From assembly GCA_016201065.1 (NCBI GenBank), contig JACQDL010000006.1, forward strand, positions 10,296-74,295: a stretch of 64,000 nucleotides of DNA, in the 5' to 3' direction. Below, piece by piece: positions 37,702 to 45,892 of the stretch (its first letter is position 1; each line of letters opens with the position of its first letter). The notes under the pieces were generated by a model. It was not told the DNA's origin, made no database searches, and saw nothing but the letters and a program-made list of their open reading frames with translations. Source of the DNA: Actinomycetota bacterium. GTDB taxonomy: Bacteria; Actinomycetota; Actinomycetes; Mycobacteriales; JACQDL01. The position numbers were made by a program, and so were the translations under genes.

Positions 37702-38993
37702 GCTGGTCGACCTCCCGTCCCGGCCAGGGCGGACATCCGGTGGCACGCCGGCGGAGGGGCGAGCTCGGCCGCCCGCAGTGCTTCGGCGTAGCTGGCGGCG
37801 TAGTGCCCGCTGCCGTCGGCGTCGAAGTAGGCGTGCGCGTCGTAGCGCACCAGCCCAGCCGGGTCCTGGATCCACGCGCGCGGATGCATGCTTCCCCACC
37901 TCGCGGGCGAGGTGGAGCCGTACCCCGCCACCAACACCAGACCCGCGCCGCCGGCCTGCCGGATCGCGGTGACGGCCTGCTGGGAGGCCCGCTCCCACAG
38001 CCGGGCGCCAGCCATGCCCCGCTCCGCGAGGGTGACCGGCTCGTTCAGCAGGCCGTAGCCGATGACGGCCGGAAGACCCGCCACGGCCGGCACCGTCCGC
38101 CGCCAGAAGTCCGCCAGCGCACCGGTCGGGAGCCCGGCCGAGCCCAGCAGGAGCCGCCTGGCCTGACCGGCTCCGGGGCCCGGCCCGGCGGCGAACGCAC
38201 CGTAGCCGTGCAGATCGACGATCACCCGTAGGCCGGCCCGGCCGGCATGGTCGAGGGCCCGGCGCAACGTGCTGACCGCGGTCGCGTCCAGCGGCCCGCC
38301 CGGAACCGGCTGCAGCCGCTCCCAGGCCACCGCCATCCGGACCAGCCGCACCCCCCGCCGGGCCAGGTACTGGTAGCTGGCCGGCGACTCGTAGCTGTAG
38401 TCGTAGCCGTAGCGGCCGGGGCGCAGGCTGCCGAACGCCGGGTTCGTGTCGGCGGCCCCGAACGAACCGCCCGCGAGCACCACGCCACGCAGGTACCCGC
38501 GGGTGCTCCCGTGCGCCTCCACGATCCCGGCCTGCGGCCCCCGGCTGTCCAGCTCGGTGGAGCCGGTCCCGGCCCGGTAGACGGACATCGGGTAGCTCGC
38601 CGGCCACCGGGCCGCCGACCAGGCGGTGACCGGCAGCCCCAACGTGTCGGCGGCCGAGTACCAGGTGTCGGCCAGCGCGTTCCATCGCTGCGCGTCCGGT
38701 CCCGACGGCCAGCCGACCTCGCCGACGTACCCGGCCGAGTGGTTGGCCGACAGCCACTGCGCGAAGTGCGCCAACCCGTCCACCGCGGCCGCCTGCAACG
38801 CGTCCGCCCCGCAGATCTCCCGGGACCCCCGGTCCAGGGACTGCGGGAGCAGTACACCCGCGGTCACGGCGACGCCGAGCACGATCGCGACGGCTCCGCG
38901 CCGACCCCAGCGCGCCGACCGGGCCGCCACCATCGGCCGCGGCCCGCGAGCCGTACCCGCGTCCGCGCTGGGTGGCGCCGAGGAGAGCGTCAT
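37698..38993 (-). CDS. Membrane-anchored GH5-family glycoside hydrolase, circularly permuted
   Basis: LRGVVLAGGSFG, VRMAVAWERLQP, IVDLHGYG, LLNEP, YDAHAYFD; the nucleophile motif YVGEVGW lies N-terminal to all of these. Confidence 0.85.
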   Translation of the reverse strand: MTLSSAPPSADAGTARGPRPMVAARSARWGRRGAVAIVLGVAVTAGVLLPQSLDRGSREICGADALQAAAVDGLAHFAQWLSANHSAGYVGEVGWPSGPDAQRWNALADTWYSAADTLGLPVTAWSAARWPASYPMSVYRAGTGSTELDSRGPQAGIVEAHGSTRGYLRGVVLAGGSFGAADTNPAFGSLRPGRYGYDYSYESPASYQYLARRGVRLVRMAVAWERLQPVPGGPLDATAVSTLRRALDHAGRAGLRVIVDLHGYGAFAAGPGPGAGQARRLLLGSAGLPTGALADFWRRTVPAVAGLPAVIGYGLLNEPVTLAERGMAGARLWERASQQAVTAIRQAGGAGLVLVAGYGSTSPARWGSMHPRAWIQDPAGLVRYDAHAYFDADGSGHYAASYAEALRAAELAPPPACHRMSALAGTGGRPA

Positions 38994-39009
38994 CGCCGCA
39001 GCACCCCCC

Positions 39010-40788
39010 TCACCGCGCCGTCCGCCGCGCACCGGCTGGCTGGCTCGCCGGATGCGCGCGGGTCGCCGGAAGCGCGCGGGTCGCCGGAAGCGCGCGGGTC
39101 TCCGGACGTACCTCGCGGACGGTGATCGTGTCCAGCCCGACGCCGAACCGGGCCACCGGCACCGAGTGCCGCAACGCCTGGCCGAGAGTGGGGAACATCC
39201 GCAGGGTGTCCGCGGAGGGGCGGCCGTCGGCCTGCACGTGGGAGGCGAGGTCGTCCTGCTGGTCCAGCACGACGTAGCTGATGCCGGTCCAGCTCGGCGA
39301 ACCGGGAATCTTCACGTCACGGTCCACGTCGAGCTTGGTGAACCAGATCACCCGGTCGGCCGGGTGGCCGGCCCGTACCAGGTCCACCCAGAGCGAGTCA
39401 TCGACGACGACGTACGCCGAGTTCGGCACCCGGTCCCGGACCCAGGCCAGCGCCTGGGCCTTGCCCGCGTCGCGGTTCACCTCGCGGAGGTCCCGCAGCG
39501 GGATCGACCAGGCATGGCCGACGGCGAGCAGCAGCCAGCCGCAGAGCCCGGCGACCGCGACCTGCCAGGCTCGCCGGCGCGCGGTGGCGGGCCGGCGGGC
39601 GCCGGTGGGCCGCGCCTCTCCCCACCGCCACAGGTGGTCCGCCACGCCGCCGATGGTCAGCGCGGCGAACGGGATCATCGCGATCACATACGGATACGGC
39701 AGGTACCCGGACCGCAGCAGCAGCACCACCTGGATCGCGAACGCCAGCGCCACCGCCCGGGTCCGCCGCACCAGCAGGCCGGGCACGACGAGCAGCAGGG
39801 CCAGCTGGGGCAACCACGGATCCTGGGCCAGCCAGCTGTGGATCACCGCGCTTGCCGTGCTCGCCGGGTCGAAGATGCTGCCGCTGCCGGTGCGCTCGAA
39901 CAGCTGCCAGCGCACCGCCCACTCAAGGCTCACGTGATCCGGACCGACGAGCAGCTCGTTCTTGATCAACGCGTACAGCGGGAAGGCGGCGCACAGCAGG
40001 ATGAACCACGCGGCGAAGAGCGCCGTGGTGAACCGGCGGTTGCGCCGGTCCGCCCGCTGCCACAGCAGCACCACGACGGCCGGCAGGTAGAGCAGCGCGG
40101 TCTCCTTGGTGAGCACCGCGACGGCCAGGCACCCGGCGCTGGCGACCGCGGCGCCGATGCTGCGCCGCGGCGAGGCGGCCAGGAGGAACGCGGCGACCAG
40201 CCACGGCGTGACGACGTTGTCCAGCAACGCGGCCCGGGTGAAGTAGACCGCCAGCGGGCTGAACACGAAGACGGTCACCCCGAGCACCGACCCCGGCCGG
40301 CCGAGGCCGAGGCGCCGGCCGAGCGCGTACAGCAGCGGGATCGTCACCAGCTTGCAGACGAGCATGAACTCCCGGGCCGCGCCGACCGCGTACGGCGCCC
40401 GATCGAACCCGTCGGTCAGCCACGTCCACAGCGAGATCTGCAGCCACCCCAGCGGCGGATGCGCATACCAGTACGTGTAGTGCCCGAGGGTGTGCCAGTT
40501 CGCGACCGCCCAGGCATAGGCGGTATAGGTGCCCTCGTCGTCGAAGCGGGCCGGCGAGGTGTACATCCCGGCCGCGTGCACCAGGCCACCGGCCAGCAGC
40601 AGGACCGCGACCAGCACCAGGTCGATCCGGTGGCGGCGGGCCCGCCGGGCCAACGCCGGTGCGACCCGATGCCGGAGCCGGGGACCGGCGGCGACCACGC
40701 CGTCGAGGGAGATGTCCAGGGGCGGCAGGGGCTGCTCGGGGCTGCGTGGCTCCGGCAGCCGCGGGCCGGGTCGGGTCGAGGCGGTCAT
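39010..40788 (-). CDS. ArnT/GT39-like lipid-carrier-dependent (GT-C) glycosyltransferase
   Basis: FDDEGTY, YAHPPLGW, LLDN, LTKET; about 11 TM helices. Confidence 0.85.
   Translation of the reverse strand: MTASTRPGPRLPEPRSPEQPLPPLDISLDGVVAAGPRLRHRVAPALARRARRHRIDLVLVAVLLLAGGLVHAAGMYTSPARFDDEGTYTAYAWAVANWHTLGHYTYWYAHPPLGWLQISLWTWLTDGFDRAPYAVGAAREFMLVCKLVTIPLLYALGRRLGLGRPGSVLGVTVFVFSPLAVYFTRAALLDNVVTPWLVAAFLLAASPRRSIGAAVASAGCLAVAVLTKETALLYLPAVVVLLWQRADRRNRRFTTALFAAWFILLCAAFPLYALIKNELLVGPDHVSLEWAVRWQLFERTGSGSIFDPASTASAVIHSWLAQDPWLPQLALLLVVPGLLVRRTRAVALAFAIQVVLLLRSGYLPYPYVIAMIPFAALTIGGVADHLWRWGEARPTGARRPATARRRAWQVAVAGLCGWLLLAVGHAWSIPLRDLREVNRDAGKAQALAWVRDRVPNSAYVVVDDSLWVDLVRAGHPADRVIWFTKLDVDRDVKIPGSPSWTGISYVVLDQQDDLASHVQADGRPSADTLRMFPTLGQALRHSVPVARFGVGLDTITVREVRPETRALPATRALPATRAHPASQPAGARRTAR
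39045..39106. repeat. 18-bp tandem repeat (~3 copies) encoding RALPAT
   Basis: gcgcgcgggtcgccggaa units at the 3' end of the GT-C gene. Confidence 0.8.
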
Positions 40789-42056
40789 CGGGCGCTACCC
40801 ACGGACACGCCGACGTCGCCGCGGTGCGCACCGACGTGCATGGTCTTCTCCCAGCCGCCCTCGCCGCGCAGCTCCCGCCACACCGCCCGGACCGCCGCAG
40901 CGGACAGCACGAGCTGGTAGGGCACCGCCCCAACGACCAACTTGGCGTAGTCCCGGAGCCGGGCGTCGAGGCCGAACATCCGGTCGAACTCGGCCAGCCC
41001 GACGACCTCCATGACCAGCGTGGCGACCGTCGGCACCAGCGGGACGAACGTCGCGAGCACGAACAGCACAGGCGCCTTGACCACGATCATCGTGACCAGC
41101 GACAGCGGCAGCAGCACACCGGCGAGGGCCTGCACGAACGGCATGGCCAGCAGGTAACGGGCCATCATCCGCCGGCCGAGGGTCGGCAGCCGCCGCCACT
41201 CCCCCTTGCGCAGCACCTGCAGGTAGCCCTGGTTCCACCGGCTGCGCTGGCGGACCAGGCCGCCCAGCGTCGGCGGGGTCTCCTCGCGGGTGGCCAGCTG
41301 CGGGCTGTACGCCACGGCGACCTTGGCGCCGGCCACCGACAGCCGGATGCCCAGCTCACAGTCCTCGGCCAGGCACGCCACGTCCCAGCCGCCGACCATC
41401 TTCAGCAGGTCGGTCCGGACGAAGACGGTGTTCCCGCCCAGCGGGATGAAGCCGTTGCGGGCGTGGAAGTGCAGCCGGGAGGCGAACCAGAAGAAGTACT
41501 CCAGCGTGTTGCGCAGCGCCCACCAGCTCGACCGGTAGTTCATCAGCTGCACGCCGCCCTGGACCACGTGGGCGCGGGTCGTCCGGAAGCAGGTGTCCAC
41601 GTGCCGGAGCAGGTCCGTGGCGACCTCGTCCTCGGCGTCGAAGACGCCGACGATCTGCCCGGTGCACTCCGGCAGCGCCCGGTTGAGCGCGCGCGGCTTG
41701 TTCTTCGGCTCGCTGTCGTCGACGACGACCCGCACCCGGGGGTGTTCGGCGGCCAGCCGGTGCGCCACCTCGGCGGTGCCGGGGTCGTCGTGCCCGACGA
41801 TCACCAGCACCTCCAGCCACGGATGGTCCTGCTGGAGCAGCCGGTGGACGGTCTGCGGCAGGACCGCCTCCTCGTGCCGGGCCGGCACGAGGAGGGAGAA
41901 GGTCAGCTGCGGCGCATCCGCGACCGGGAACGGCATCTGGCCGCGGGCCCGGGGGGTCCGCCACGAGTCGACCATCCACGCCAGGGTGCTCACGGCGACA
42001 CCGAAGAGCACCAGGGTGGCGACCAGGTAGCCGGCCATCAGGACGGCCGAGATCAC
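40785..42056 (-). CDS. Processive GT2 glycosyltransferase (cellulose synthase-like)
   Basis: VPARHEE, NKPRALN, FDAED, AEDCELG, QRSRW (D,D,D,QxxRW); C-terminal TMs and WEKT. Confidence 0.9.
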   Translation of the reverse strand: MISAVLMAGYLVATLVLFGVAVSTLAWMVDSWRTPRARGQMPFPVADAPQLTFSLLVPARHEEAVLPQTVHRLLQQDHPWLEVLVIVGHDDPGTAEVAHRLAAEHPRVRVVVDDSEPKNKPRALNRALPECTGQIVGVFDAEDEVATDLLRHVDTCFRTTRAHVVQGGVQLMNYRSSWWALRNTLEYFFWFASRLHFHARNGFIPLGGNTVFVRTDLLKMVGGWDVACLAEDCELGIRLSVAGAKVAVAYSPQLATREETPPTLGGLVRQRSRWNQGYLQVLRKGEWRRLPTLGRRMMARYLLAMPFVQALAGVLLPLSLVTMIVVKAPVLFVLATFVPLVPTVATLVMEVVGLAEFDRMFGLDARLRDYAKLVVGAVPYQLVLSAAAVRAVWRELRGEGGWEKTMHVGAHRGDVGVSVGSAR

Positions 42057-44692
42057 GCGGCACCACCCCGCGCGGGCACGGCAACACCACGGGTGGACGC
42101 CACGCCACCCCGCACGGACGCGGCGCCGTCCCACTGCGGCCAGCGGTCGTCGGCGTCGGCCGGTGGCCGCACGGCGGGCACGCGGTGCGCCGAGCCGCCG
42201 GCGGCGCCGGTGGCGCCGGCCGCTGCGGGCCCGGAGCCGGCGAGGAGCCGCGGGATCTCATCCGCCCAGCCGTAGCAGTCCGAGGCGAGGACCCTGGTCC
42301 GGATGCCGGACAGGAAGCCGCCGAGGATCTCCTCCTCCCGGCGCCGCAACGCCGCGTAGTCCTGGCCGTGCAGGGCGATCGCCGGGGCGAGGTAGCGGAA
42401 CGGCGGGAAGCCGTAGGCGTCGTCGGTGTTGGCCAGCATCCGGCTGACCGTGCTGGCGTGGTCGACGTCCCGCAGCGCGGGGGCGCCCCGCTCGATGATG
42501 AAGAGCTCCTGCACCCGGGTGGTGGACCCGAACTGGCACGGCACCAGCCGGTCCACGGTGTACTTCGGCGGTGGCACCAGAATCTGGGTCAGCGCGTTGA
42601 TACCCATGATCGGAAGGTTGAACCGGCTGAGGGTGAGCGCGATCGACCGGCCACCCTTGGAGTGCAGCCGGCTCTGCAGCTGCAGCCGTCGCCACTCCCG
42701 GCTGGTCAGGTCGTCGGCCCGGACCGCGCGCAGGGTGTGCGCGCTGATGGTCAGCGGCTTCGGGAAGCACACCGCGTTCCCGGCGGCGTCGACCACGGTC
42801 ATGTCATCGGAGAGGAAGCGGCCGCCGTGCTCGCGCAGCAGCCGCAGCACGGTCGCGGTCTTGCCGGTGTCGGTCAGCGCCGAGAGCATCACGCCGACGC
42901 CGTCGAGGCTGACACACGCCGAGTGCAGCAGCATCCGGTCCCGGTCGATGAGCACGAAGCGGAGCAGGGCCTCGATGATGTTGGTGTAGACCACGTGCGG
43001 CGACCTCGCCAACAGCGGCCCGACCTCGACCGTGATCGGGTCGCCGAGGTCCACCCGGAAGTTCGCCCCGAGCCGCCCCAGGTGTTCCTCGTACCGCAAG
43101 GTCGGCGCGGGCTGGCCGTCCCGGTCCGGTACGCCGCCGTTGAGCTGCTCGGTCATCTCCGCGCGCCGCCGGGGCCGGCGCGAACCCACGTCGCCGACCC
43201 GCACCGCGATGTCGACCTGCCGGTCGGAGACCCACTGCGCGCGGAAGAACTCCAGCTCCGGCAGCCTGATCTGGGACCCGATGCTCACCACACCGGCCAC
43301 GTCGTACCGGTAGGGCAGGTGCCGCGAACGCCGCCGCTGCGGGGCGGCCGGGGCCGCCGTGGGTGCGAGGTCAACGAGCACCCGGACCGGATCGCGACCC
43401 GGGCCGTCGCCGGTGGGCCCGTAGATCACCCGGTCGGCCACCAGGAACCGGACCAGGAAGAGCGCCATGAGCGTGGCCGCGTTGGCCACCAGCAGGTCGA
43501 CGCCGGAGGAGAGCAGCGCCTGCAGCACCGGCAGCCGGGCGAGCAGCAGCAGGTTGTTCATCGCCACGAACCGGACCGCCCGGCCGCGCCGCCGGCCCTG
43601 CCCGCGGCCCCGGTAGACCACGGCCTCGACGAGCACGAAGTTCCACAGCGTCGAGGCCTGGGTGGCGAGCGCGGCGGCGGCCAGATGGTGCATCCCGGCC
43701 ATCGAGTGCAGCAACCACAGGGCGAACGTGTTGACCGCGACTCCGGAGAGCCCGACCAGGCCGAAGGCGAGCATCCTGGCGAGCTGGCGGACCCGGTCGG
43801 TCGTCCCGGACGGGCCACGCCGAAGCTGGCGGACCAGCAGCTGGTGGCGCAGCCGGCCGAGGTGCCGGACGAACCGGCCACCTTCCCGCAGCGACGCCTT
43901 GGACCTCCCGGCCTGCCGGGGTCCGAACTGGTAGGCCACCTCGGCGACCCGCACCCGCGGATGCCGGACCAGGATCTCCAGCAGGATCTTGAACCCCAAC
44001 GGGTCCAGCAGCTCCAGGTCGATCGCCGACCGGCGGAACGCGAAGAGACCGCTCATCGGATCGGTGACCGTGGCCAGCCGCCTGGGGAACACCGCCCTCG
44101 CCAGCCGGGTGGCTCCCGAGGAGGTGGCCAGCCGACCTGAGCCGGCGAGCCCGCCAGCTGAGCCGCCGCCCGCCCGTCGGGTCCCGATGACCACGTCGAC
44201 CTCGTGCCGGATGGCCCGTCTCGCCAGCGCGGCCGCCGCCTCCGGCGGGTGCTGTAGGTCGGCGTCCATGACCAGGACCCACTCGCCCCGCGCGTGGCGG
44301 GCCGCCGCCACCACCGCGCCGCCCAGACCTCCCCGCCGGGTCCCGGGGTGTCGGCGGATCAGCCGCACGGGCACCGGACAGCCGACGGCCTGCCGGCTGA
44401 TCACCTCCGGTGTCTCGTCGTCGCTGTCGTCGACGAAGATGATCTCGGCGCCCAGTGGTGCGAACGCGGGTCCGAGCAGCTCCAGCAGCAGCGGGACGGT
44501 CTCGGCCTCCTGCCGTGTGGGTACCACGACCGAGAGCCGGACCGGGCCGCGCTGGGTTCCTTCGTTCACCGTCTCGATCGCATCCGGCTCGTGACCGGCG
44601 GCCGGCCACGGCATGCGAGGTTCGGGCGTCGACACGGCCACCGAACCGGATCCGATCCGGTCCAGTGGGCGCGCGTCGGCAATTTCGGTCAT
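42053..44692 (-). CDS. Fusion: polyprenol-phosphate glycosyltransferase (GT2, DPM1-like) + GtrA + HPr kinase-like P-loop domain
   Basis: VVPTRQE, VDDSDD, MDADLQHPPE, DPMSG, GFKILLE; GtrA FGLVGLSGVAVN...WNF; C-terminal LLHSAC...SALTDTGKT...FLSDD. Confidence 0.85.
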   Translation of the reverse strand: MTEIADARPLDRIGSGSVAVSTPEPRMPWPAAGHEPDAIETVNEGTQRGPVRLSVVVPTRQEAETVPLLLELLGPAFAPLGAEIIFVDDSDDETPEVISRQAVGCPVPVRLIRRHPGTRRGGLGGAVVAAARHARGEWVLVMDADLQHPPEAAAALARRAIRHEVDVVIGTRRAGGGSAGGLAGSGRLATSSGATRLARAVFPRRLATVTDPMSGLFAFRRSAIDLELLDPLGFKILLEILVRHPRVRVAEVAYQFGPRQAGRSKASLREGGRFVRHLGRLRHQLLVRQLRRGPSGTTDRVRQLARMLAFGLVGLSGVAVNTFALWLLHSMAGMHHLAAAALATQASTLWNFVLVEAVVYRGRGQGRRRGRAVRFVAMNNLLLLARLPVLQALLSSGVDLLVANAATLMALFLVRFLVADRVIYGPTGDGPGRDPVRVLVDLAPTAAPAAPQRRRSRHLPYRYDVAGVVSIGSQIRLPELEFFRAQWVSDRQVDIAVRVGDVGSRRPRRRAEMTEQLNGGVPDRDGQPAPTLRYEEHLGRLGANFRVDLGDPITVEVGPLLARSPHVVYTNIIEALLRFVLIDRDRMLLHSACVSLDGVGVMLSALTDTGKTATVLRLLREHGGRFLSDDMTVVDAAGNAVCFPKPLTISAHTLRAVRADDLTSREWRRLQLQSRLHSKGGRSIALTLSRFNLPIMGINALTQILVPPPKYTVDRLVPCQFGSTTRVQELFIIERGAPALRDVDHASTVSRMLANTDDAYGFPPFRYLAPAIALHGQDYAALRRREEEILGGFLSGIRTRVLASDCYGWADEIPRLLAGSGPAAAGATGAAGGSAHRVPAVRPPADADDRWPQWDGAASVRGGVASTRGVAVPARGGAA

Positions 44693-45292
44693 GAGAGGCC
44701 CCCCCGGGCGAAGATCGACGAGCCGGCAGGCCGGCGAACCGGCATGCCGCCTGCGGAAGGAGTTCGCGCAAAGATATGGCCGGTTGCTCACCGGCGAGTT
44801 CGTACGATCGCGCCGTCACGCAGCGCGAAGTCTGACCGAAACGGTTTCGGTCAGTGTCGAGTCATTGCACGCAGCAACGGCGTGATGGAATGTGGAGAAA
44901 AGAAGCGGACCACACCCCGCGGTGGCAGCCGAGCACGATCGAAGGGCGTGCAGGCCCTGCCGGGTACGGACTCGACCCGGAAGTATGGGTATCCCCTGGG
45001 TAAACCACTGCTGGTTTCCCGCGAACAGCCCTGCTCGGCCAGCAGGCTGGCCGGGCCATCTCGTGGGACCGCCCGGCTCACTAAAGCTACCAGCACGCTC
45101 CGGCCACCCCGCGTTCGCCGGACGGAAACCCCCGACCGGGTGAGCGATCGGCTAGACAACGCAGACAATTTCCGCTATCGCGACGAGCCATAGCGACAGT
45201 GGCTGACGCGATGGTCCGCGCGACGACCCATCATGAGCTGAGATTTCCCGACGCCGGCTGCGGATTGGATTGCGGTTCACCATAATGACGCC

Positions 45293-45721
45293 ATGTCTCC
45301 CGCATCCTCCCGCGATCCGAGAGCGAGCCAGGTCGTCCGCGTCGAAACGCTCCTCGCCGCGGTGCAGGACATGGTGTCGTCCCTCCGCACGGTCAGCGAC
45401 CAGCTCAGCAGGGAGATCTGCGTGCTGACCGAACAGTCCGGCACCGAGGTCGGCGCGACGCGCACCGACCTCGAGGTGCTGCGGACCGAGAACTCCCACC
45501 TCAAGGAGGCGCTGCAGGGCCGTTCGATCATCGAACGGGCCAAGGGCATGCTCATGGCCAAATATGGCTGCGCCGAGGAGGCCGCCTTCCAGATGCTGGT
45601 CTCGGTGTCCCGCGAGGAACGGCGCAAGGTGCGCGACGTTGCCGCCGACATGGCCACCATGATCCCGACCGCCCGCACCGGTGAGGGTGCCGCCGACCGT
45701 CCGGGTCAACGCGCCCGTTGA
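45293..45721 (+). CDS. ANTAR-domain protein with N-terminal coiled coil
   Basis: ALQGRSIIERAKGMLMAKYGCAEEAAFQMLVSVSREERRKVRDVA. Confidence 0.9.
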   Translation: MSPASSRDPRASQVVRVETLLAAVQDMVSSLRTVSDQLSREICVLTEQSGTEVGATRTDLEVLRTENSHLKEALQGRSIIERAKGMLMAKYGCAEEAAFQMLVSVSREERRKVRDVAADMATMIPTARTGEGAADRPGQRAR

Positions 45722-45737
45722 CCCGGACGGTCGGCGG
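45690..45737. terminator. Perfect 22-bp stem / 4-nt loop hairpin over the ANTAR stop codon
   Basis: ccgccgaccgtccgggtcaacg-cgcc-cgttgacccggacggtcggcgg; no U tract, so the terminator role is inferred. Confidence 0.6.
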
Positions 45738-45892
45738 GCGCGTCGACCCGGACCCGGCAGCGCCGCGACCGGTGCCCTGCCGGGTCGACGCGGGCAGCCG
45801 CCGGGCGGAGGATGTCACCCAGCGCACCGCCGCCGGGACAGTCCGGTGGCAGCAAGGCGGACGCGGCGCACGAGTGGGGCGAGAGGGGCACC

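Noticed and set aside
44693-45292. Riboswitch or ncRNA in the 600-bp intergenic region
   Set aside because: No recognisable aptamer consensus by eye; an Rfam search is needed
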